Of a DNA stretch of 64,000 nt, positions 47,271 through 60,095 are shown in pieces (within the stretch, counting starts at the first letter, position 1; each line of letters starts with the position of its first letter). Source of the stretch: the human T2T-CHM13v2.0 reference genome, Homo sapiens; the NCBI RefSeq assembly GCF_009914755.1, contig NC_060942.1. One strand, 5' to 3'. The position numbers were made by a program, and so were the translations under genes. The notes under the pieces were generated by a model that saw only the letters and a list, made by a program, of their open reading frames with translations, searched no databases and was not told the origin of the DNA.

Positions 47271-47740
47271 GGCATTTTCCAATAATTATTACTCCAGATG
47301 TCCAAGAGAAGAGTAATTATGAAAATATTTGAAAATAAGAGAAGAGTGCCTGTTGACCAACACAATTATTTCTACATATTCAGACAACAGTCAGAGTGCC
47401 AAGGTACATTCAGTGCCATTCACTCCTCCACACCCTCCTTAATTCACTCATGCATACAGTAAGCATCTATTATGTGCTGGGATAAAGATTTCCTTTGAAA
47501 AATACTGACTTTAAAAAGAAAATTAGAGAATAACAGAACAATATGAACAATATGATCAACACGTTAATTGAAGAATAGAGGAATGTACTGGGCAAAGCTG
47601 AGAGAAGAAAAACTTCAATTGCTTGCTCATAAACTGGCAACAAATGATCAATCGATGCTACAGTAAATATCTTATGAATAATAAGAAAACAGTCTGTCAA
47701 CTAAAAATCTAAGTCAGATTTGATGTGCTATTATGACTGA

Positions 47741-48060
<320 letters not shown>

Positions 48061-49260
48061 TACTTTTAAAATGAAAGTTAATAATAAAATGTCACTGAAT
48101 TAACAAAGCAATTATGATATGCAAAAGTCATTTCCATTGAAAATGCCATAAGAGTAAACAGTAAAATTCCAGAAATAAATAAGAGTTAAAGCAATATGTT
48201 TAAAATTAAACTTAAAACATTAATAAGAAGGTATATGGTAAAATACCTATGTTATTCCTGAATATTATTTAACATAGTTTTTGTTTTCATTCATCAGAAG
48301 AATAATGGACATTGCCAGTGTACATTCTTTTGATAATCTATTGCCAAGCTGGACACTCATCTCTAAATTTTACTAAAATGTATGTACTGACTATTCTCTA
48401 TAAATTGAATCAGATATTATTTTCAAATTAGGGATACGGCAAATAAGATTTCTTTTAAATTATATCGAACCTAAATCTATCTTTTAAGTTAGTGCCTATT
48501 AAAATTAGTTGACTTCAATCTTTATTATTATGAAAAGAAACTATACTTGCATGGAAAATAACTTTTGAGCTGTAATATGTTGTAGAAAATTTAATAAATT
48601 CTACAGATGCTTTCAGCTCTCTGAGAAAAATACAGTATAGAAATCTTTTAATCAAATCTTTAATTCAAAATCTAACCTTTTGTTTTTAGCCACAGTGAAT
48701 AAAGTGTTTTTAATTTTTTTATTTGACAAAGAAAAGCAGGAAACAAAGTTTTAATTGTTCTTGGTAAGCTGTTTAATAACAATGATTTCAAGCGAAATAG
48801 AATAATGCCAATAAAAAGAAGCTTAATAAAAAGAACTGACAGTAAAAGTCAAAACAGCAAATCCAAACAGAAAAGTATTAGAATATCTCTCAAAGTCAGT
48901 CATGTCTCATCTACAGATTTCCCCCTGCACATACACATAAGCTGGGAATCACTCCATCCAAAGACATGTGACTAGAAATTAAGCCAGGGGCAGTTTTATT
49001 CTTCTGCTGCACCAAAAGAATCAGAGCCTCTGTGGCCAGTTTAAGGTGTGAGTTATACACTCTCCTTTTTTAGGGATCCTCTAGTCCCATCTTGGCCAGG
49101 GTCAATCTTCAAGGTCAAATCCAGAACGCTTTTCCCCCCAGAAAATTATTGTGCAGATGAATTAAAAAACGAGAAAGGTTCAGAGAATGGGAGGGTAGAG
49201 GAAACAAAAGTAATGTAGGAAAAATATTGATATAATAACATAATAATTTAAAATATGTAC

Positions 49261-49371
49261 CTTTACTCTTTGGTCATCAACATCTACAATCGTAGCAACA
49301 CGAATTAACCTGGGGTTCCGTTTATCCACAACTTCAAGTTTCATATTTGGCAGAAAACCATGAGGCAACCT
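49261..49371 (-). CDS. L3MBTL4: L3MBTL4 internal coding exon, 111 nt, RLPHGFLPNMKLEVVDKRNPRLIRVATIVDVDDQRVK (MBT core)
   Basis: tttacag|AGGTTG...GTAAAG|gtacat, phase 0-0. Carries the MBT signature GF..MKLE.VD..NP.LIRVATI. Overlaps ORF 49180..49368. Confidence 0.95.
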
Positions 49372-49466
49372 CTGTAAATGTTATTATAAGTACAACAAAT
49401 CATGCAAAATTCAGTAATTCAGATATCCTACTAATTTTTTCTAAAATACTACTGTTTTAGTTTTAA

Positions 49467-49845
<379 letters not shown>

Positions 49846-50325
49846 TAGGACTGTATGCATATTATTTCATCCGATTCACAAAAACCTGTGAGAGAAAAAA
49901 TAATTTTTTGGCCATTTTAAAGATAACTAAAAAGACAAAGACAGATTATATCATAAATTTGTTAATGATTACACTAAAGTTCAAAAAGCATCTTATTACA
50001 GTTCCTATATTAGTTTAGTTTTTTTCCTTCTTTCTGATATTGACCTTATAATTTCAGAAACTATTGACTATTCTCATTGCCCAGTTTCAAACTGTATGGC
50101 ACAGAAGGCAAAATTCTTTAATAAAAACTCAGAAAGGAGAAACACGATCCTTTATAAATCTAAAATATGCTTAGATAAAAGCTGTGTAATTTCAGCTGTT
50201 AAACTGTTTTAAAAGCATACTATGATGTACTTTAAAGCCATAGCCTATGCTTTTGTCATTTCATCTGTAACAAGAGACAGGTGATCTGTGTTATGGTTTC
50301 TTTCACTTGAAAGGAAGAAACCACA

Positions 50326-50383
50326 GGCTCATGCCTGTAATCCCAGCACTTTGGGAGGCCGAGGTGGGCAGATCACCTGAGGT
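50326..50383 (+). mobile_element. 58-bp internal AluS left-arm fragment without tail or TSD
   Basis: ggctcatgcctgtaatcccagcactttgggaggccgaggtgggcagatcacctgaggt. Confidence 0.9.
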
Positions 50384-51861
50384 GATCTTGCTAGGAACCA
50401 AGAGTCTATAACCACAGACACACAGGGATTCATAATCACGGAGTAAGAAAAAAGACACTGGACTTAACCAAATCACAGAAACTAAGGAAATTCAACTCTC
50501 AAAAATCAAAATCAAAAGCAACTCTGATAGTTTCTATAGGTTGGCAAAAAGTTTCACTTTGAAAGCTATTACACATAAAAGTGTTCAATTGGTTTTATTG
50601 GAAACAAAAGTGTTTTGAATTTTTCAAGTTCAGAAATGGCAAAAGGAAAATAAAACCCAACTAATATGTCAGTAATAAACAGTCAAATCTTTCTGCAATA
50701 TCTGGTGTGTTTCTCTCCAGCTTTTGTAGAAACACATTTTCTTTGTAAGATGCATTATCACATCTACTAAATGGAGTATACTGACTGTAATTAGGTCTTT
50801 CATCCCGGAGAATCTTTCTGTTCTCCCCAACATCACTGTCCTGAACAACAGAGGTAGAAGAGTTTAGTATTGTACACGCCTAAGGTACATCCCTGAGCTG
50901 AATCCACAATAACCCAGGACAGAGCTTGGAAGTTGCCTTCTTAGCTACTTTTCAGAATTTTATTTTCTTGTCATTTTCCTCTTGGAAAAGTCAAGTACAA
51001 TAAGCATTTTTGCTTGCTGAACCTTTGCTCTTTTTAAACCCTTCCTAGTACTCCAACACTTCTACTTTCCTGATTTTATTATATGGACATTTCCCCCCAA
51101 ATACTGTTAATTATAATCAATTTTTTCAAAAAATGAAATATCATTTTGTTTCAAGCCGCTCTTGATCTCTAGACAATTTTCAGTAAATGAAATTATATGC
51201 AGAAGCCCAATATATAAAATTCTGATTAAAGACAAGTTGGGGAACATGAAACACACAGAGAACTGAAAGGGAATAGAGTTTGAAAACCGCTGGTTTAGGT
51301 TTAGGATATAAATATCTTTAACTGTACTACCTATGTACTTTATTTTAGAAATTAATTTATACTTAGTTCAATCCTGGAATAAATATATAAGTACAAATTT
51401 AAAAATCAGTATTCTAACAAATGCTGAAAGAAAGGTTTACCTCAAAATATATAACATTATCCACACAAAGGCTATGCATTCAACAATTTTGTTATGGCAT
51501 CATGGACAGTCAAACAGTCCCTGAGAGAGTGGTACTGTGAAAATTCAGAGTTCTCACTCAGCAGACTAATAGAACCAGAAATGTAAGGAATGGATCATCA
51601 GCAGTTGATGAGGTGTTTTCAATTGTACCTCTGATTTGCCATTTTTCAAGGAAGGAAACCATCATCTACATTTCTATATGGGAACAATAGCAGATGAGTC
51701 ACCTACTTTGTATTTTTAACTAAAAGAAAAGCATATTGGTTATGAAATTACTACTTGAATTTAGAAAGAAAAAACTAGAATAATTTTAAACTGCCAAATG
51801 TAGGCATGACTCAATACAAACGTTGTTTAAAGGTGAGAGTTTGTACCCACATAGAACTTAC

Positions 51862-51947
51862 CATTTTAAAAACTTTGGCAGGAACTGCATTGGTTTGAGT
51901 AGCTTCCAGGTATTCTGTCCAGGAAAAATTTTCTGGATTGGGATAAC
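51862..51947 (-). CDS. L3MBTL4: L3MBTL4 internal coding exon, 86 nt, (G)YPNPENFSWTEYLEATQTNAVPAKVFKM, N-terminal arm of the third MBT repeat
   Basis: Minus strand reads ttttcag|GTTATCCC...AAAATG|gtaagt. Phase 1 to phase 0. The FSW..YL motif is typical of MBT arms, and the exon joins in frame to the next one. Confidence 0.93.
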
Positions 51948-52329
51948 CTGAAAATATATATATATAAATAGCAAAAGATTACTCATAGATATTCTGATTC
52001 CCGTATACTACAAAACGTTGGATGATATGACACCTAATGTTAATTGAATGCTCACCATTAAACAGACCTGATGCTAAGAACTTCAGATATATTAATTCAC
52101 TTAACCATAACCTCTGAGAAGGCAAAGGCATGCCTGCACTCAAGCACTTACTCCATGGTACTCTCATTCACTCAACAAGGTTAAGTGAGTTGGCCAAGGT
52201 CAAAGGCCATGTGAGTACTTCACAGAGCCAGGTGAGACCCAGGTTTCTGACTCCCAAGCTCCAACAGAAGGCTCCTTAGCAGTTTGAAAACACTTACAAG
52301 CAACCATCTGACCTCATACCATGAATTGG

Positions 52330-54200
52330 AAAAAAAAGACTCTGAAAATCTTTCAAATTTCTCTAATCATTCTATATCTATTAAAGCTTTAGTCTCATTA
52401 TTAAATCTTTGTAATTACAATTTCCTAAAATTGCAGTTAAAACTATATATTGAACATGATATAAAGAACTCTATTTCAAATTTCCTTCTTGTTTCTCTTT
52501 ATGTTTGTGTTCTTTCATTCCTAATTAAATTTGCTAGAGATCTATATAGTATAGTTTTATTTATCTTTCCACGCAATAAGTATTTAGATTTATTCATCAG
52601 CTCTATTTTTTCTTCTTTTTTCTTTTCTAATTATATTGTTTACTGCTTTTACTCTTATTACTTCCTCCCTCCTACATCTCTTCAGTTTATTTTATATTTG
52701 TTTTGTCAAATTGAATTATAAACATAACTTATTTTCATTTAAAATGAAATAGACAATGAACCTGCCATTGTTGCCACTAAATTCAGGTTTAGACAGCTGG
52801 ACACATTTTTTAAAAATATGTATTCTTCTCACTTTTTATTTTCTAGAAACCAATTATAATTGTAATCTGTGTTGTCTTGATTTAATCCTTAAATATTTAT
52901 TTGAGATACTCCAAGTAATTTTCATATTTGTTTAAAATAGTAACACTAATATCTAGTTTACCACATAATAGTTTCAGAATGTCATGTGACATATAGAATT
53001 CCTGCTTTTGAGGTTTGAGGATTTCTTTTTAGTATAAAATAGAGTCAACAATTTTTAAAAAACAGAGTATATATGTATTTTAAAGTATGTTAGCATTTTC
53101 AGTAATACAATCTAGCTATATTATGCAAAAATCTGTCCTTTAAGCAGAAAGTCTGAAGCAATATGCTCAATTCTCTAAAATAAGTATTTTTTTACAATTC
53201 CCCCATATTTCTGATCATTTTTCCTTCATTTTTATGCTTTTTAATAAAAATATATTTAAAGGAAAGTACACAAATCAAGTGGATAGACTGAACATTTTTC
53301 AAAAAACTAGCATACCAGCATAACCAGACACAGATCTAAACCAGGACATTTCCAGAGCTCCAGGATCCCCTCCCCATCATCGTCCCTTCTAGGCACCATA
53401 CCACCCTCCTCAAAGAGAAATCCCTACCCTCGCTTCCAACCACAGAGATTTGTTTTCTTCTGTTTTTCCCTTTACGTAAATGCAATCACACAGCATGTGC
53501 TCCTTTGTGGTGAACATCTTTTGCTCTGCATTCCGAATGTGAGGGTCAGGTGGATTATTGCCTTCAGAACATTCATTTTCATTGTTGTATAATATTCCAT
53601 TATGTGAGTATTTCACAATTTATCTATCTATTCTACTGATTGTGGTCATTTGGGTGGTTTCCATTTGGGAGCTATTATTAAAAATGCTGCTATGAACATT
53701 CTGGTATATTCTTTTTAGTGATAAGAAGTATACATTTATGTTGGAATGCATCCAGGAGTAACACTGCTAGATCATGGAGTACTTTGCTTCATATTTTGAT
53801 GTTACATCATTCTGTACATAAAATGTTTGGCATGAGTTGTGCTTTCTATTTATTCTTGATATAGAGAAAATTTCCCTTTCCCTTTTGGATACATTTATGT
53901 ATTTTGTCTCAAATTATTTTTACTAAAAATTATATTGCCACCCTATTATTTTCTGTTTGTGTTTGCTGATAATATTTTACCCATCGTTTTTACTTTTATA
54001 TTATTTTGTTCCAGACATATCTATTTTAATCACTTTCTAAATGGACTTTTAAATTAATTTACATTTGTTTTCACCACTAGTTTTTTAATCTAATTTCTGT
54101 AAACATGTTTTAAGCTGAATTTTTTTTAAGCTCTCTTGAGGTTTCCTTTGCTTTCTATCCTTTCCTTTATGAGTTATACTATATATTTTATGTTTCAATA
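52330..54200 (-). mobile_element. Old L1ME-type fragments
   Basis: T-rich degenerate L1. The 53250-53790 stretch has gtttccatttgggagctatta...gctgctatgaacattct. Confidence 0.6.
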
Positions 54201-54228
54201 AGTATTTCTGCAGTTGCATTTACTTTTT

Positions 54229-54392
54229 CTTTTTCAAGAGATGAGGTTTCTCTAGGCTGCCCGGGCTGGAATGCGGTGGCTCTTCTGACACAGTCATAGA
54301 GGACTGCAGCCTCAAACTCCTGGGCTCATGTTGTTCTCTCACCTCCGCCTTCTGAGTAGCTGGGACTACAGGCACATGATACCACACCCAAC
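54229..54392 (-). mobile_element. FAM-like fossil Alu monomer (7SL-derived)
   Basis: Single monomer. 14-bp TSD tgcatttacttttt at 54215-54228 and 54395-54408. Confidence 0.8.
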
Positions 54393-55560
54393 TCTGCATT
54401 TACTTTTATAGCTGATACTTTTTAAAATCATCCAAATCCATTTATCACATTTTGGATCTCCACATTTCTGTGTAGATTTTGAACCATGCCCACACCTGGC
54501 CCCTTCCATGCTGGGCTTCTTCACCCAGGCACCTGACCAGTACATATGGTTGGATAGAGCGAAAGGAAACCTGAGTGTAGGGGACTAAGGACTGGATGTG
54601 AGGTAAGTAAGAGAGACAGTACCTGGTCCTGTCCCAGCCTGGTAAAGAGACTTGGCATGCTACTGTGAGAGTCACTATCCTTCTTCCCCTTTTTGTGAAA
54701 AACAGGTGAAAATTAAAGGCTGTGACCGTTTTAAATGGCTCTTAAGCAGCAATTGCGTCTATGCCACTCTCAGAAATGAGCTATGTACATGCAAAAAAGG
54801 GAAAATATTGTACCTGTATATTCCCTGTTCAATGAACCCAAAGAGAGAAGAATGTCATATGGCCCAGGGAGAGTTGCAAAAGCCACGTACTCCAACTTTC
54901 TTCCTTCCGACCCCAGCCCTGAGTCCTGGTAGACCTTGGGAAGCAAGAAGTAGGGCTGCAGGGGGAGTGGGAGGGGCCAGGTCCATGCACACAGCAGTGC
55001 AGCAATACCGTGGAAGAAGCTTTCCAACGATTTAAATTCCTACTTGAGACAAGAATGAAATACAGGAGACCGCCCCATGGAACAAGAACAGCCTTTAACC
55101 TCTTCACCCCTCTCAATGAAAACCCACCTCTAACTGGCTTCCATTTATAGGTAAGCACTGTACTCACTTACATGAAGTCAGTTATTCCTCATCTATCCCT
55201 GTGAGGTACACTTTTATCTACATTTTTTAGGTGAGAACTTGAGCCTTGAGCAGCCTGCCAAGTGCTATACAGTTAGAAAGTGGAAGAAATGGTATCTGAA
55301 CAATGACGCGTGGCTCCATCAACCTCATACTTATCACTTCGTCCTGCTGAGACTGAAAACCCAGCGCATCCATGATCCAAGGCAGCCCCTTTCAGGCCTC
55401 AGGACTGAGATGCTGAGCTCCCTCTGGAGGCCAAGGCATAGAACTGCGACAGCGAGAGGGCGGGACTGTAAACTGCTGGACTGGAGACTGGGCTATATTG
55501 TTTAAATTATTTATTCATGTCCCACCTCATTCCATGCCATTTTGAGTTAAAAACTTGCAT

Positions 55561-55654
55561 GCTTTGGTTCAGCCACCCATGCCCACAGCCACAGCTTGGA
55601 CCTCATTCTTTAGGTCCAAGCTGTGGCTGTGGGCATGGGTGGCTGAACCAAAGC
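55561..55654. repeat. Perfect inverted repeat: 43-bp arms, 8-nt loop
   Basis: 55561-55603 is the exact reverse complement of 55612-55654. Loop cattcttt. Confidence 0.98.
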
Positions 55655-56030
55655 GTGGAAAAAGTGTCACAGAAATTAGGATCAAGGAAGTACTGAGCTA
55701 GGGCGTCGGCCACTCAGCCCTGGATTTCCTCATGGTGCCAGCAATTCTTCCGGTAAAACGGTAGATCTGGGTGACAAATATCTTCAGTTAATGATGAAGA
55801 ATAATTAAAAATCATCTGGATGGTGGCAAAATTAGGGGTGAGATGGAGTGAAGCAGAACAGCCTGAACGCTCAGGAAGAAGGGGATTTTCCAAACAGCTG
55901 AGAACTGTTTTAGAAGACGAGGAGAACTACTTGGGATGTGGCAAAATAAGCCGTCTCCTTTACAGGCTGCAGGGAAGTGGTGGCCTCGAGAGGGACAAAG
56001 GAGGAGGCCCTGTGTGAAAAAGCTGGGATC

Positions 56031-56185
56031 AGCTGGACATGGCGGCACACACCTGTAGTCCCAGCTACTCAGGAAGCTGGAGTGGGAGGATCACTTGAGC
56101 CGCTGAGTTCAAGACCAGCCTAGGAACATAACGAGACCTCACCTCTATTTTAAAACACAATTTAAAAAATAAAAATAAAAAGAAG
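56031..56185 (+). mobile_element. FLAM (free left Alu monomer)
   Basis: Monomer cctgtagtcccagctactc...gagttcaagaccagccta with A-rich tail. Confidence 0.8.
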
Positions 56186-56319
56186 AAACTGAGATCTAGG
56201 GAGATTACTTCCAGAACCTGGAGTGGAACGCATTCAGGGTCAAGAAAAAGCCCTTCTGGAGGATGCAAATATGGAAGCAAAAAAGGAAACATGTAAGGGT
56301 TAAACAATGGTAAATATAA

Positions 56320-56860
56320 GTTAAAACCTTCTCTACCATGTCATTCCAATGGCTTCCTCGATTACACAGGGGAAAAGCAAGTGCTTACCATGACCTACAG
56401 GGCCCTACAGAACTTGGCCCCACTACCGCTCTGACCTCATCTCCTGTTCACTACACTCCTGCTGTAACTAGAACACTGCAGACATCCTCCCTCTTCAAGT
56501 TCTTGTACTTGTTGTTCCTTTACCTGGAGAGTTATCTGTAGATATCCTCCAGACTTGTCACCTTATCTCAAATGCCACTCAACTGTCACCTTCTCGCTCA
56601 GTCCCACCCTGACTCTCTATATAATAGGGAGCCCCCCTCCCAAATGTATGTGCCCTTCCTAACCCCATTACTTGCCTTATTCTTCTCCACAGCACTTATT
56701 GACACCTAACACAGTGTGTGTTGTGAATATTTCATTTCTCTTGCTCCATTAGAACATAGGCTGCCTTATGATAGGAATATGTTCACTTCACTGTTATTTC
56801 CTCACAACATACAGCTGGTATTCAGTAAGTATTTGGTAAATATTTGTTGAATGAATAAAA
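56320..56860 (+). mobile_element. L2a 3' fragment
   Basis: Ends cagtaagtatttggtaaatatttgttgaatgaat. Confidence 0.75.
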
Positions 56861-57474
56861 TATATTTCCTGAAACATTTACATTTTACATTTTGGTGGCC
56901 AAGAATGATAGAGATACAAGCCAAAATGATACCAGTCTAGCCCCAAAATTCTGAATGAAACTCTGATACAAAGTTTTTTGCCTGCTGGTACTGGTGGCAT
57001 CAGAGGTACCATTTGAACAAAATGGTGCTGGTGTGTCAATACTGGCTAATGTTCCAACAGCACTGTAAACTGGATGATGCCAAGAAAAAGCCGTCTGATC
57101 TGTGGCATCTATACAATGCAAATGTAATACTCCTCAGTTTTTTTTTCCATATTAGAAGGCCATGTAAGAAGGTGTAATACTGGTTTCAGATTTTTTTTTA
57201 AAGGCACCCTCGATTATTTTTCCTCTAGGAACAACAGCCTAAGCAGCAACCTATTTTTTCCACTGGAACATTCTTTCTAAAGAATTGAGCTCATGAATCA
57301 ATAGCACAAGTCCTTAAGTTCCTGACTAGTCTGGGTGACCTGTCCCTTAGGAACTAGAGAAGCAGAACAACCACAATTATACTGGTGGCCAATTCAGGAA
57401 ACAAAATCATTGCTGTATGACAAGCAGGTTTTAAGTAATGGCCAATAGTCCTATTTAATAAGCAGCAATAAAAG

Positions 57475-57550
57475 GGATCTGCCAAGGGTCTATCACAATA
57501 GACAAATCTATCTGTCTATTGGATCTGCCAAGGGTCTATCACAATAGACA
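57475..57550. repeat. 30-bp direct duplication with 16-nt spacer
   Basis: ggatctgccaagggtctatcacaatagaca at 57475-57504 and 57521-57550. Confidence 0.95.
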
Positions 57551-59061
57551 GAATGTTCAGCATGAACACACATGCTGGATGGACACTTCATCAAACTCAA
57601 TTCTACTGATGAGGAAAGTGAGACCTGGCATTTTAAGTGACTCATACAAGGCAAGGCAACTAACAACGAAGTCAAAGCTAGAGCCTGTGTCTCCTGACTT
57701 GCAATTTGTAGAAATCAAAACTTCTAAAGAGCTACTTTGAGGTTTACTGAGTGCTCTAGGCTGCTGGGCCTGAAGTCTCAGAGAAAGCATCAATAGAATA
57801 ATTAGGATTATGTGACTAGTACCAGTGCGGCCCTGGCTAGCTTTCACTATCATTTTAAGAACCTGAATTATATAAGAAAGCCCCTCAGAGGCCACTTATT
57901 CATTTGTTTCAAGTGTCTCTCACAAGGCAGGGCAGTGAGTCATCCAAATATCCGGGCCTCCAATGATAGAGATTGAGGAAAGTTACACTACCTGAAAGCT
58001 GTCATTCTGCTAGTAGGTTCTGCACATACAGAAGGGCCCTTCATGGAAACAATCATAGGACCAAGTGGTCACTAATTGTCTTGTATGAAATAGTGGCATG
58101 CTGTTCAGTACATGACTCAGAAATACAAGATTTGAAGAAAATCAGATGCTTCAATCGTGGCCAAGCCTAATTCAGGTTCACCCTTTATTGTTTCAAAACA
58201 CATGTTGAAAATGACCTCACATTTACGGTGCCTTAGATATTAGAAGTCTTACATTCATATTCAGCTCATAACAATTAAAGTTAAAATATCTTTCTGGCAA
58301 AAGAACATAAGTTAGACTCTCTAACATTTACAGCAGTACGTCAGATTTTTTACTTGATCATTAATTAGTTTCTAAAGCATAGGGAGAATTCTTTGATCTA
58401 CAGTATGAAATATCAGCACCTCAGGAGCTTGTCAAAGAGCTCATTTTATAATTGATTGTTTTGCTCAAAGTATGGCTGAGCTGTACTATATCCAGAATAC
58501 ACTATGTAAAGAAATAAACTCTCTTTTGTGTCTGGCGAGATCACCAGAAAACAACCTATCTGTGTTGCACTGGCTGAGCGCCCAGCAGAACTGTCTTCAA
58601 TACCATGGCTCATGCGGGATCTAATCTAACCCAATGTTTTGGCAGGCATTTGAGACAGAGTAATGAGTTCTATTTCTCTCTGTCTCTCAATACTTAAGAT
58701 TTTAAAATAAAAAGCTAGGGTTGTTTTTCTCTTAGTTTCTCTAACCGTATCATATTCCACTGAGTGACACTCTATTACAGACCTAGCAATCCTCACGTTA
58801 TATCTTTATTGTTCTTTATTACATCCTCAGCTCCTAGCTGTGCCTCACATTTGGTAGGCACTCAATTCATATCGTTCAATTCATTAATTAATAATTTATA
58901 TTATCCTCTGAACTCTTACCTTCCTTATGCCAACAGAATCTATCTATAGAAACTAGCACAGTTCCATTTAAAATACAGTAATCTTTTGTTTGGCTAAAAA
59001 AAAGTTAATGGCTAAGGTTGCAACTAAAGGAAGGATTTCTTTGGACTGTAAATTTTTCTAT

Positions 59062-59101
59062 TATAATATAATATAATATAATATAATATAATATAATATA
59101 A
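59062..59101. repeat. (TATAA)8 pentanucleotide microsatellite
   Basis: Uninterrupted repeat read directly. Confidence 0.95.
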
Positions 59102-59739
59102 GCTTTGCAAGGAAATTATGAGGTAAAGTGGTCATTGGGTATCAAAATATTAATTTGCAAAGCTAAATATTTCTATGTGTTCATGAAACATCTAGAATAT
59201 CTACTAAGTAGGTCCAGCCAATTGGTGATTCTAGAGAATCTAAAAAAACCAACTGTGTTATTTCTACAAAGTACATTTCATTACCTCCCAAAATACCAAT
59301 TATTATAGCTTTATTCCCTAATAATAAATGTTCATTCAGCCAACAGGTTTGAATGCTCAATTTCCAGTTTAAAAATGCGGAAATAAACACATACTTTTAG
59401 CTGTGTTCCCTTCTAAATGCCAACAGGTATCAATAAAGGCATTTTTAAATGAATGTTTAACACAAAAATGCTGAGTTAATTTTGATATAACACATTATGA
59501 AATATTATGCAGTTATTATAAAGAAAGAATTTGAACTATACAGATGAGTTGGAAGGAATTTGCCATGAGACATAGTTGAGCAAAGTTAAAAATGATGTAA
59601 AGTAAGTACCTAATATAATCCAATTTTTACAGCACAAACAATGACAAAAAAAACATGGGCTTATGAACACATGGATATGAGCATGTATGTGCACATGGAT
59701 ATGCAATCATGAGAATCCACAAAATACGTACAGTATAAG

Positions 59740-60095
59740 ATGATGGCTTTTCCTCTTGGTAAGAAGGCTGAACTGCATTTCCTAGACTCCTATGTAGCTA
59801 CATGTAGTCCTGTGACTGAATTCAGGCCAACCCATGTGAGTAGAAATGATGTAATAAGCTACCTCCAAGTTTGGCCCTCCCATGTACAACCATCAGCTTC
59901 TTTCTATTCTCCGGCTGAAATGGAAAGATTACCAAGAAATTGGAGGATAATCCCAGAATAATTGCATGGAACAGAACTAGCCCCTATCAGCCATGATTAT
60001 ACTGTGACAGGAGCAAGAAACAAAATCTTAAATGTGCTAAAAGCACTAACATTTTGGAGCGGTTCGATATACTAGTTAGCTCAAGGTGACTAATA
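59740..60095. mobile_element. LTR16-like ERVL LTR remnant
   Basis: actgcatttcctagactcc...tgtgactgaattcaggccaa...gtagaaatgatgt...tgactaata. Confidence 0.55.

Noticed and set aside
49180-49368. Stand-alone 62-aa MBT micro-protein from the ORF track
   Set aside because: It is an internal exon (TTG, not ATG, at the start) read through into the intron. Flanked by AG/GT.
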